Below the pieces are notes generated by a model. The model did no database searches. It worked only from the letters and a program-made list of their open reading frames with translations, and had not been told where the DNA came from. A DNA stretch of 64,000 nucleotides from an uncultured Candidatus Saccharibacteria bacterium (GTDB lineage: Bacteria > Patescibacteriota > Minisyncoccia > Phycocordibacterales > JAACPR01), in the NCBI GenBank assembly GCA_964402215.1, contig CAYOAT010000001.1, positions 134,703 to 198,702 of the forward strand, given 5' to 3'. This document shows positions 1 through 9,099 of this stretch, piece after piece; position 1 is the first letter of the stretch; each line of letters starts with the position of its first letter. The position numbers were made by a program, and so were the translations under genes.

Positions 1-462
1 TAATTTATTTGGGGCGACGATTTCAATTTCCCTGGTATTTTCATCAATAAAAGTGAAATTAATTCTAATCATATTTATCGGTAAGGCGTCTTCAATCTTT
101 TCTGGCCACTCAACAAAAATCAGGTTAGTTTTATTTGAAATTGTCTCCTCCCAATCCAATGGCCCAAGCTCTTCGATCAATTCAATTCGGTACATATCAA
201 AATGATATAAATTTTTGAAATTAATCGTGTCAGCCGATTGCGGTATTTCATATCTTCTCTGCACAACAAAAGTCGGACTAGTAATTTCATTAACAATTCC
301 GATCTTTTTTGCAAAGTTTTTTGTAAAAGTTGTTTTGCCGGATCCCAGATCCCCGTGCAGACCAACAACGACTGCCTCATTTTGTCTTTTATCTTTAATA
401 ATATTCAAAACGTAATCCGACACGGTAGATATTTCGTTTTCATTTTTACACAAGAATTTCAT
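1..462 (-). CDS. tsaE: tRNA threonylcarbamoyladenosine biosynthesis ATPase TsaE (3' end runs off the window)
   Basis: Manual translation from ATG at 462: MKFLCKNENE...GLHGDLGSGKTTF...ITSPTFVVQRRY; P-loop plus SPTF motif. Not in the ORF track because no stop codon lies inside the window. Confidence 0.9.
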   Translation of the reverse strand, partial: MKFLCKNENEISTVSDYVLNIIKDKRQNEAVVVGLHGDLGSGKTTFTKNFAKKIGIVNEITSPTFVVQRRYEIPQSADTINFKNLYHFDMYRIELIEELGPLDWEETISNKTNLIFVEWPEKIEDALPINMIRINFTFIDENTREIEIVAPNKL

Positions 463-537
463 GGTTGTATTTTAGCATTTTAAAAGAAAAATTCTGTACA
501 TGAACTTTTATTCAAAAACTGGTAGAATAATATACAA

Positions 538-2217
538 ATGGTCATCCACTTTGACGAACAAAAACAAAACGATCGTATTTCGGATCTTAGAAAGAAAGAA
601 AGCGAAGATCTTGCTCAATATTTATCTGCAACATATGGAATACCATATGTTAATTTAAAAGAAACAATAATAGATACAAATGCCCTTCGTTTAATTAGAG
701 AAGATGACGCAAGAAAAGCAAAAGTCGTGGCATATGAACTCTTTAATAAAGATATAAACCTTGCGGTTTTATCTCCAAATTCAGAGTTTATTCCAACAAT
801 TATTAACGACTTAGCGGAACAAGGATATACAGTAAAAATGAACTTGGCTTCAGAAGGTGGTATCGAATATGCCTGGAATAGATATAAAGATGTTTCTTTT
901 GCAACAGAAAGTAATGCCGGAACACTTGATATCGCAAACGATTTTGTCGAAGACTTTGTTAGTAAAGTAAAATCTATTGAAGGAGCAAAAAAACTTATTG
1001 AAGACGTTATGCAAATGAAAAGAGGTTTCCGCGTTTCGAGAATTGTGGAGATTCTTGTTGCCGCTGGTGTTGCATCAAAAGCTTCCGATATTCACGTCGA
1101 ACCAGAAGTTGATTATATTACTGTTCGTTTCAGAATTGACGGTGTTCTTGCTCATGTCACACAACTAGATTTTGAAACATATAATTTGTTGTTGTCGAGA
1201 ATTAAACTTTTGTCGGGTTTGAAATTAAACATAAAAACTCAAGCACAAAATGGTCGATTCAGTGTAAAAATTGGACAAGTAGAATTTGAAATAAGAACCT
1301 CAACACTTCCTGGAAATAATGGTGAGTCTATTGTCATGAGAATACTCGATCCAAGTTCATTGACCGTTCCACTTACAGAGCTTGGTTTACCACAAAAACT
1401 ACTGACTCGATTTCTTCATGAAATAGAACGTCCAAACGGAATGATCTTAAACACTGGTCCTACGGGTTCTGGTAAAACAACAACTCTTTATTCTTTCCTT
1501 AGCAGAATAAAATCTCCTGGTATAAAAATAATCACAATCGAAGACCCTATTGAATACCATTTGACCGGTGTTGTTCAAACACAAGTCGATCCACACAAAA
1601 ATTATGACTTTGCCTCGGGATTAAAAAATTCTTTGAGACAGGATCCGGACGTAATAATGATCGGAGAAATTCGCGATAATGATACTGCTGAAACTGCTGT
1701 TCAAGCCGCATTAACTGGCCACTTGGTTTTGTCTACACTTCACACCAACAGCGCGTCAGGCGCCTTCCCCAGAATGACAGATCTTGGTGTAGATCCAAAG
1801 ATAATGACTTCAGCTATCAATGTTGTGATTGCACAAAGACTTGTGCGTGTACTTTGTAAAAGTTGTGCTCAAAAAATAAAAATTCCCAACGACAAGAAAG
1901 ATGTTCTTAAAAAATTATATGATGGAATTGTTGATAGAGAAATTCCTGCTTGGTCAGAAGACATCTTCTCTGCAAAAGGTTGCGAAAAATGTAACCACAC
2001 TGGTTATTCCGGTCGCCTAGGAATATTTGAGGCAATATTTATGGATAAAAATGTGGAAAATGCGGTTCAATCAATCGCAAGTGAAGATGAAATAGCAGAA
2101 ATTGCTAGATCACAAGGAATCATGAATATGCAGGAAGATGGTCTTGTAAAAATACTAAATGGTATTACAACAATTGAAGAGGTTGAAAGAGTAGTGGGTT
2201 TTTTCAATCAAGAATAA
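538..2217 (+). CDS. GspE/PilB family type IV pilus assembly ATPase
   Basis: ASDIHVEP, GPTGSGKTTT, TIEDPIE, LRQDPDVIMIGEIRD, GHLVLSTLHTN; Zn motif CKSC...CEKC retained. Confidence 0.92.
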   Translation: MVIHFDEQKQNDRISDLRKKESEDLAQYLSATYGIPYVNLKETIIDTNALRLIREDDARKAKVVAYELFNKDINLAVLSPNSEFIPTIINDLAEQGYTVKMNLASEGGIEYAWNRYKDVSFATESNAGTLDIANDFVEDFVSKVKSIEGAKKLIEDVMQMKRGFRVSRIVEILVAAGVASKASDIHVEPEVDYITVRFRIDGVLAHVTQLDFETYNLLLSRIKLLSGLKLNIKTQAQNGRFSVKIGQVEFEIRTSTLPGNNGESIVMRILDPSSLTVPLTELGLPQKLLTRFLHEIERPNGMILNTGPTGSGKTTTLYSFLSRIKSPGIKIITIEDPIEYHLTGVVQTQVDPHKNYDFASGLKNSLRQDPDVIMIGEIRDNDTAETAVQAALTGHLVLSTLHTNSASGAFPRMTDLGVDPKIMTSAINVVIAQRLVRVLCKSCAQKIKIPNDKKDVLKKLYDGIVDREIPAWSEDIFSAKGCEKCNHTGYSGRLGIFEAIFMDKNVENAVQSIASEDEIAEIARSQGIMNMQEDGLVKILNGITTIEEVERVVGFFNQE

Positions 2218-2306
2218 AAATAAAATCCTTCTAAAATAAATAGAAAACAAAAAAAGTATTTTGGCTAGTTGAATTTAAAACAGATATAACTAATATAGTT
2301 TATAGA

Positions 2307-2510
2307 ACACAAGACTTCGGAAAGTTCCAAGGCATAAACCTCTAAGCAAAACCTTTAAATACTGAGACCTAAAGGCAGGTGGTTATCTAAGGATAGTATC
2401 AGTTAAGCAACGTAAGTTGCCACCAATAACGTCCTCGACTAAACACCAATAGGATCGCCCCCTTTGCTTAGAGATTTATGTCTTTGACCCGAGAGGTCTA
2501 GACCTTGTGT
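2307..2510 (+). ncRNA. Unassigned structured RNA candidate (~205 nt)
   Basis: Nested complementarity: ACACAAG/CTTGTGT ends, ~21-bp stem 2329-2350/2463-2484, several internal hairpins including a GUAA tetraloop; upstream TTGAAT...TAATAT promoter-like sequence. Confidence 0.6.
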
Positions 2511-2551
2511 AAAAAAACTTTATACATGGTATGATAACACATACAAATATT

Positions 2552-3583
2552 ATGTCAAGTACCACCCAAAAACAAATCGACACGGCAAGTAATAATAAAG
2601 TGGATAGCTTTTTAGATCAAGAGCTTCGACCAAAGACCTGGGATGAGTATATCGGGCAGGAAAACATCAAAAATAACCTAAATATTCTCCTAAAAGCCGC
2701 AAAACAAAGATCACACCCGCCTGAGCATTTATTGTTCTATGGGCCGCCCGGACTAGGTAAAACAACGCTCGCACACCTTATTGCCCATCACACGAACTCT
2801 CAAATCAAGATAACTTCTGGACCATCAATAGAAAAAGTCGGCGACATTGCCTCCATTTTAACCAACCTTAACCCTGGGGATATCCTGTTTATAGACGAGG
2901 TTCACAGACTCAATAAATCGATTGAAGAGGTGCTTTACCCTGCCATGGAGTCAGGTAGCCTAGATATTATTATTGGAAAAGGGCCGTCGGCAAGAACTCT
3001 CCAACTTGAACTGCCACCATTTACCTTAATCGCGGCAACTACACGTGTTTCCCTACTGTCTTCCCCACTAAGATCACGTTTTTCTGGCGGAATTTATCGA
3101 TTAGAGTTTTATTCAGAGCCAGAAATCGAAAAAATATTAGAACGTTCAGCTAAAATTCTTGGAATCAAAATGGATAAGGATGCGGGAAGAGAAATATCAA
3201 AGAGAAGTCGCCAAACTCCACGAACAGCAAATTATTTATTAAAAAGATGTCGTGACTATGCTCAAGTTAATAATTTAGATTTAAATAAAGACGTCGTTGC
3301 AAAAACTTTGGATATGTTACAAATTGACGAGGTCGGTTTGACTCGTGCTGATCAAACAATTCTCGAAACTATTATAAATAAATTTGGTGGTGGACCCGTT
3401 GGATTAAATACTATCGCAATGGCACTATCAGAAGAACCAGGAACTATTGAAGAATTTAACGAGCCATATTTAATACAGCTTGGTTTTATAGAAAGAACCC
3501 AAAGAGGTCGTGTTGTTACTAAGCTTGGTTACAAACATATTGGTACTGAACCCCCGCCAGACTTGCAGAAAAAACTTATTTAG
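2552..3583 (+). CDS. ruvB: Holliday junction branch migration helicase RuvB
   Basis: LRPKTWDEYIGQ, GPPGLGKTTLA, FIDEVHRL, FTLIAATTR, GGGPVG; start at ATG 2552 preferred over 2531. Confidence 0.96.
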   Translation: MSSTTQKQIDTASNNKVDSFLDQELRPKTWDEYIGQENIKNNLNILLKAAKQRSHPPEHLLFYGPPGLGKTTLAHLIAHHTNSQIKITSGPSIEKVGDIASILTNLNPGDILFIDEVHRLNKSIEEVLYPAMESGSLDIIIGKGPSARTLQLELPPFTLIAATTRVSLLSSPLRSRFSGGIYRLEFYSEPEIEKILERSAKILGIKMDKDAGREISKRSRQTPRTANYLLKRCRDYAQVNNLDLNKDVVAKTLDMLQIDEVGLTRADQTILETIINKFGGGPVGLNTIAMALSEEPGTIEEFNEPYLIQLGFIERTQRGRVVTKLGYKHIGTEPPPDLQKKLI

Positions 3584-3620
3584 ATAAATATATTAAAAAT
3601 TAAATTAAATCAGTAATAAT

Positions 3621-4151
3621 ATGTCAGGACACAATAAATGGTCACAAATTAAAAACAAGAAGGGCGCAGAAGACGCAAAGAAAAGTAAAATATTTTCAAG
3701 ATATTCAAAATTAATAACTTCTGAGTCAAAGAAAGCAAACGGTAATCTGTCTTCCCCTTCTCTTGCTGCTGTTATAGAACTTGCCAAGAGAGAAAATATG
3801 CCAAAAGATACTATTGAAAGGGCTGTAAAAAAAGGAACAGAGTCAGGAACTGCAAATATGGAGGCAATAACCTATGAAACCTATGGACCTGGTGGAGTTG
3901 CAATAATAATTGAAACTTTGACTGACAATAAAAATCGAACGGCACCAGAAATAAGACATCTATTAACGAAAAATGGTTTTGAACTAGCCCAACCCGGAGC
4001 TGCTTCATGGGCATTCAAAAAAGAAGGCGGTAAATTAGTCGCCCAAACCACTGTCGATTTATCAGATGCGGATCTAGAATTGCTTACAAAATTAGTTGAT
4101 GATTTGGAAGCGTTTGAAGATGTCCAAGAAGTTTTCACTAACGCTGAATAA
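3621..4151 (+). CDS. yebC: YebC/PmpR family protein (short form)
   Basis: MSGHNKWSQIK, YETYGPGGVA, TDNKNRT, C-terminal DVQEVFTN. Confidence 0.92.
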   Translation: MSGHNKWSQIKNKKGAEDAKKSKIFSRYSKLITSESKKANGNLSSPSLAAVIELAKRENMPKDTIERAVKKGTESGTANMEAITYETYGPGGVAIIIETLTDNKNRTAPEIRHLLTKNGFELAQPGAASWAFKKEGGKLVAQTTVDLSDADLELLTKLVDDLEAFEDVQEVFTNAE

Positions 4152-4164
4152 CTTAAATTACTAA

Positions 4165-4647
4165 ATGAAAATTATTTCTATTGACCCCGGTTACGAAAGA
4201 CTTGGGATTGCAATATTAGATAAGGACAAGAAAGAAAAAGAATCTTTAATATTTTCGGAATGTTTTAAAACTTCAGCAAAAGAAGAACACCCAGAACGCT
4301 TGGCAAAAATTCAAAATAGAATTATTGAAATAATCAATCAATTTAGTCCCGAAGAGATGGCTATAGAAAGTTTATTTTTTAATACAAACCAAAAAACTGC
4401 TCTTTTGGTGGCAGAAACTCGCGGAACAATAATTTCTACAGCAAAAAACGCTGGGTTGAAAATTTTTGAATATTCACCACAACAAATTAAGATGGCCGTA
4501 ACAGGTATGGGTAATAGCGATAAAAATTCTGTAATTAAAATGTTGACACTGATTATAAAGATTAATAAGGAAATAAAGTACGACGATGAATTTGATGCTA
4601 TTGCCTGCGGAATAACACATATCTCGGTAACCAGAAAGAGTCTTTAG
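4165..4647 (+). CDS. ruvC: Crossover junction endodeoxyribonuclease RuvC
   Basis: ISIDPG, AIESLFF, EYSPQQIKMAVTG, DDEFDAIA. Confidence 0.95.
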   Translation: MKIISIDPGYERLGIAILDKDKKEKESLIFSECFKTSAKEEHPERLAKIQNRIIEIINQFSPEEMAIESLFFNTNQKTALLVAETRGTIISTAKNAGLKIFEYSPQQIKMAVTGMGNSDKNSVIKMLTLIIKINKEIKYDDEFDAIACGITHISVTRKSL

Positions 4648-4654
4648 TCAGTCG

Positions 4655-4693
4655 TTATTCACAGATTGTCTTTTTTAAGAAGAATTTTCCACA
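4655..4693 (+). promoter_or_regulatory. Two DnaA-box matches
   Basis: TTATTCACA 4655-4663 and TTTTCCACA 4685-4693, both matching TTWTNCACA. Confidence 0.45.
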
Positions 4694-4770
4694 GTTTTAA
4701 TATTTTGACTATTGGCGTTTCAAAAAATATTTGTTACAAGTATATCTAATTAGTTTTTAATTATAAAAAT

Positions 4771-5019
4771 ATGGATGATATTGATGAGAGCAATGATTTA
4801 AAAGATGGCGGTGAAATAAATTCACTGTTAGATATTGATTCAGATGAAGAAGTTGCCGCAGAAGAGGTTGAGGTTGACGATCCAGTTATAATTGATCCTT
4901 TGCTGACAAAAGTTTCTGATACAGATGACGACAACGACCCAATGGATGATGACGGCGACGAAGAAGAGGACGATGACGATATTTATACAGAAAGTTTTGA
5001 AGACGTAGATAACTTTTAA
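4771..5019 (+). CDS. Small, extremely acidic hypothetical protein
   Basis: 82-aa D/E-rich ORF followed by a strong terminator. Confidence 0.65.
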   Translation: MDDIDESNDLKDGGEINSLLDIDSDEEVAAEEVEVDDPVIIDPLLTKVSDTDDDNDPMDDDGDEEEDDDDIYTESFEDVDNF

Positions 5020-5020
5020 C

Positions 5021-5055
5021 AAAACAACCCCGGGTCAAGCGCCCGGGGTTGTTTT
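5021..5055. terminator. Bidirectional intrinsic terminator
   Basis: AAAACAACCCCGGG-7 nt-CCCGGGGTTGTTTT between convergent genes. Confidence 0.85.
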
Positions 5056-5058
5056 TAA

Positions 5059-6294
5059 TTATTTCTTTATACTTATCTTCACAAATCTCCTTTTACCAAT
5101 TCGATAAGTGGTTGATTCAATTATTTTATAACCAAAATCCGAAACCTTTTGCTTACTTTCAACAATATTTACTGCCCCTTGTTCAACCAAACGACGCCAT
5201 TCACTTTTTGATGAAACTATTTTATTATCTATCATAACGTCAGCAAGAATACTGTCGGCATCAACTGAAATTTCTAGTATATCTTCTGGTATCTCACCCT
5301 TTGAAAATGTATTATCAAACTTTTCTGCAGCCAGTGCAGATTGTTTTTCTCCGTAGTAAATTGTAACTATATCTTTTGCTAGCTGTTTCTTTGCTTCCAT
5401 TGGATTCAGAGAACCATCTTCTAATTTCTTTTTTATTTCATCAATTTCAGATACAGATCTAAATGTTGTATCAGTAAACATTGGAATAATAACGTAGTCC
5501 GATAAGGCCATAACTTTGCCGAACATATCTTCTGGGCTGTCTTGCAATGAAACATAATTTCCCTCACTCTTGCTCATCAATTTTTTACCAGTCTTTGGAT
5601 TTTCAAGGAGAGTCGTGCTTATAACAAATTTTTCTTTTTGATTGATTTTTCTCTGCAAAATTCGTCCAGTCAACATATTGAATGTTTGATCGCTTCCGCC
5701 GATTTCAATATCTATATCCATTTCAACGCTATCATAACCCTGCATCAGTGGGTACAAAAATTCATGCAAATATATTGGTCGAGCCTCTTTCAATCGCTTT
5801 TGAAACATATCTCGCTCAATCATTTGTTGAACAGTAAAGTTCGCAGATAATTCAATAATTTCTTCAAAATTTAATTTTGACAACCATCGACTATTTCTTT
5901 TTATTTTTACAGGATTTAATCCTTTTGCAGAAACAATTTTTGAAATTTGTTTTTTCCAAGTTTTCAAATTTTCTTTTACTTCTTTTTCTGTTAGACGAAC
6001 TCTCGCGGCACTTTTATCAGAAGGGTCCCCTATTCGCGCGGTGAAATCACCGAACAAAACAATCACTTCATGACCAAGTTTTCGTAATTTTTCTAGTAAA
6101 ATAAAGTTTGTTGCATGTCCAAGATGCAAATCTTTACCAGTAGCATCCGCTCCAATATATATTCGCAGTCTTTTACCACTCATCAACTCTTTTTTGAGAG
6201 CTTCTTTAGAGGGAAAAACCTGACTTACACTCCTTGATAATATCTCATCAATCTTTTTTTCGTCTGTATCTATTTTGTTAATAATTTTAAACAT
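5059..6294 (-). CDS. tyrS: Tyrosine--tRNA ligase
   Basis: HLGH, YPLMQGYD, GGSDQTFN, LMSKS, C-terminal S4-like domain; probable start ATG 6294. Confidence 0.96.
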   Translation of the reverse strand: MFKIINKIDTDEKKIDEILSRSVSQVFPSKEALKKELMSGKRLRIYIGADATGKDLHLGHATNFILLEKLRKLGHEVIVLFGDFTARIGDPSDKSAARVRLTEKEVKENLKTWKKQISKIVSAKGLNPVKIKRNSRWLSKLNFEEIIELSANFTVQQMIERDMFQKRLKEARPIYLHEFLYPLMQGYDSVEMDIDIEIGGSDQTFNMLTGRILQRKINQKEKFVISTTLLENPKTGKKLMSKSEGNYVSLQDSPEDMFGKVMALSDYVIIPMFTDTTFRSVSEIDEIKKKLEDGSLNPMEAKKQLAKDIVTIYYGEKQSALAAEKFDNTFSKGEIPEDILEISVDADSILADVMIDNKIVSSKSEWRRLVEQGAVNIVESKQKVSDFGYKIIESTTYRIGKRRFVKISIKK

Positions 6295-6394
6295 TACGTA
6301 GATTTTAGCATTTAAAATCGACCAAAACAAAGCAAACTTTGACCAATGGGATATCTTCTAATATTCTTTATGAATTAAGGCTATAATAGTGTAA

Positions 6395-8842
6395 ATGTTA
6401 AAAATAAGAAAAATGTTTGGCGGAGGAAGGTTCAAAAATATCGCAAAAATAGCGCTTGTCTGTTTTTTGATACTTTCTGGTTTATTATTAATTTGGCTTG
6501 CGACTCTTGATTTACCAAATCTCAACAATTTTGAAGCAAGAAAAGTTGCACAATCAACAAAGATCCTTGATAGAACCGGCGAAATTGTTTTATACGATAT
6601 CCACGGCGAAATAAAGAGAACAATTGTTCCCTTAAATGAAATTTCTGATTATTTGAAAAAAGCAACAATTGCAATTGAGGACCGAAATTTTTACGAACAC
6701 AATGGAATACAAATATCAGCAATCATCAGAGCTATAAAAAATAATTTATTTCAGGGCGACCTATTAAGCGGCCAAGGTGGTTCCACAATCACACAACAGG
6801 TAATTAAAAATGCTTTGTTGACTTCAGATAAAAAAGTTTCGAGAAAAATAAAGGAGTGGGTTTTAGCGCCAAGACTTGAAAAAATACTGACAAAAGATCA
6901 GATCCTTGAAATATATTTAAATGAAATACCATATGGCGGAAATGTTTATGGCGCCGAGGAAGCCTCTCTTAGATTTTTTGGTAAACAAGCTAAAGACCTT
7001 ACTTTAGTTGAAGCGGTTCATTTGGCTGCCCTTCCACAGGCCCCAACATATTTTTCTCCTTATGGAACACATACAGATAAACTTGAAATAAGAAAAAATT
7101 ACATTTTAGATCAAATGTTAAATCTTGGATTTATCACAAAAACAGAACTTGATACTGCAAAATCAGTAAAAATTGAATTTGAAAAACAAGAAGAGTTCGG
7201 CATCAAAGCGCCGCATTTTGTAATGTATGTTAGAGAGTTACTTGAAGAACAATATGGAAAAGATGTCATCGAACAAGAAGGATTAAGAATAACTACATCT
7301 CTTGACTGGGATTTACAAAAAAAGGCCGAGGAAATAGTTAAAAAATACGCCTTAGAAAATGATGAAAAGTTTATGGCTGAAAATGGTGCGCTGGTCGCAA
7401 CTGATCCAAACACTGGAGAAATACTTGTAATGGTAGGATCGAGAGACTATTTTGACAAAGAAATTGATGGAAATTTCAATATTGCCACTGCTGAAAGACA
7501 ACCGGGCTCAGCATTTAAACCAATAGTGTACGCAGAAGCGTTCACAAAGGGATACAGACCTGAAACAATTGTGTTTGATGTTTCAACAGAATTTTCAACT
7601 GCCTGTAAAAATGGTGGTGATTGTTACCGCCCAGTTAATTACGACGGAAAAAATCGCGGCCCAATTTCTCTTAGAAATGCTTTAGCACAATCATTAAACA
7701 TACCTGCAGTCCAAGTTTTATATCTTGCTGGACTTAGAGATTCATTGAACTTAGCAAAGAAAATGGGAATACAAACGCTTACAAATGTTGATCAATATGG
7801 ACTTACTCTTGTTTTGGGTGGTGGTGAAGTTAGACTACTTGATATGGTTAGCGCTTACGGAATATTTGCCGCAGAGGGAAAAAAATACCAACAAAAAGCT
7901 GTACTAAAAATAGAAGACAAAAACGGAAACATTTTATTTGAAGAGAAAAATTCAGAACCAGAAAGAATTTTATCGGAGGATGTATCGAGAACGGTCAGTG
8001 ATATTTTATCCGACAACGCTGCAAGAGCACCAATCTTTGGATCAAACTCTTCATTAAATATTCCTGGTGTTGCCGTTAAAACAGGTACTACAAATGATTA
8101 TAGAGATGCTTGGATAATTGGTTACACTCCAAATATTTCCGTAGGTGCATGGGTTGGAAATAATGATAATTCCCCTATTGATAAAAAGGTCGCTGGTTAT
8201 GTTGTCGGACCGATGTGGAATGAATATATGCAGTTTGTTTTGAAAGAAATAAATAACGCCAGCTTTAATAAACCAGAAAAACAATCTTTGAATGTAAAAC
8301 CAATTATCAATGGATTTTGGAAAGGTGAAAAAATAAAAGTGGTTAATGAAGGTGAAGATAATGAGCAAGTTGTTGTTGTGGGAAAAGAGGGCGGTATCCA
8401 TACTATTTTGTATTGGGTAAACAAAGATGATCCACTTGGACCAGTTCCAGAAAATCCAAATAATGACCCTCAATACGAGGAGTGGGAGAAAGCTGTTAGG
8501 GCATGGGTAAGAGATAATAATATTAGTGACAACGTAACAACAACTGACCCAGATCGAATAAGACCTGCAAAATTAGAAATAACTAACCTATCTAATAACG
8601 CCACATATCTAAAAGACTCTCCCCTAGTAGTGATTATAAAAATGTCTGATGACAGAAAATTAACAAGTGGAGAAATCACATTAAATGATCAGAAGATTGG
8701 AGATATGAATGTCGACACAATGTCGTTTATGTTTGTACCAGAAGAAAATCCTTTTATCCAAGAAAAAAATAAAATAAAAATAACGGTTCGAGACGAAGTT
8801 GGAAATTCTTTCAAAGTAGAGTCAAACTTTAATATTAATTAA
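6395..8842 (+). CDS. Class A penicillin-binding protein (transglycosylase/transpeptidase)
   Basis: EDRNFYEH, GGSTITQQ, SAFK (SxxK), SLN (SxN), KTGT; N-terminal TM helix. Confidence 0.93.
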   Translation: MLKIRKMFGGGRFKNIAKIALVCFLILSGLLLIWLATLDLPNLNNFEARKVAQSTKILDRTGEIVLYDIHGEIKRTIVPLNEISDYLKKATIAIEDRNFYEHNGIQISAIIRAIKNNLFQGDLLSGQGGSTITQQVIKNALLTSDKKVSRKIKEWVLAPRLEKILTKDQILEIYLNEIPYGGNVYGAEEASLRFFGKQAKDLTLVEAVHLAALPQAPTYFSPYGTHTDKLEIRKNYILDQMLNLGFITKTELDTAKSVKIEFEKQEEFGIKAPHFVMYVRELLEEQYGKDVIEQEGLRITTSLDWDLQKKAEEIVKKYALENDEKFMAENGALVATDPNTGEILVMVGSRDYFDKEIDGNFNIATAERQPGSAFKPIVYAEAFTKGYRPETIVFDVSTEFSTACKNGGDCYRPVNYDGKNRGPISLRNALAQSLNIPAVQVLYLAGLRDSLNLAKKMGIQTLTNVDQYGLTLVLGGGEVRLLDMVSAYGIFAAEGKKYQQKAVLKIEDKNGNILFEEKNSEPERILSEDVSRTVSDILSDNAARAPIFGSNSSLNIPGVAVKTGTTNDYRDAWIIGYTPNISVGAWVGNNDNSPIDKKVAGYVVGPMWNEYMQFVLKEINNASFNKPEKQSLNVKPIINGFWKGEKIKVVNEGEDNEQVVVVGKEGGIHTILYWVNKDDPLGPVPENPNNDPQYEEWEKAVRAWVRDNNISDNVTTTDPDRIRPAKLEITNLSNNATYLKDSPLVVIIKMSDDRKLTSGEITLNDQKIGDMNVDTMSFMFVPEENPFIQEKNKIKITVRDEVGNSFKVESNFNIN

Positions 8843-9086
8843 CCCTCCGATTAATTTGCAATCTTTCCTTTATCAAAGATTCTATTTTTGATTTATTTAT
8901 AAAAATTTCTGCTTTTTCGATTCCAACTCGTTTGATTTTTATTTGATTATCGTTTACTTCGATATCATCAACTAATAAATCAATTCCGGAAGCATCTTTT
9001 ACACACTCAACAACAACTTTTTTTATATTACTCTCTTTTAACCCTAGGTTTTCGAATTTCTTTAAATAAAAAGATATTTGCTCCAT
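8835..9086 (-). CDS. Hypothetical protein downstream of dnaN
   Basis: 83-aa ORF 13 nt after the dnaN stop, same strand. Confidence 0.6.
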   Translation of the reverse strand: MEQISFYLKKFENLGLKESNIKKVVVECVKDASGIDLLVDDIEVNDNQIKIKRVGIEKAEIFINKSKIESLIKERLQINRRVN

Positions 9087-9099
9087 GAGAATATATTTA

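Noticed and set aside
2314-2332. GGAAAGTTCC resembling RNase P RNA conserved region I
   Set aside because: No matching 3' P4 strand or CR-V sequence, so the RNA was left unassigned.
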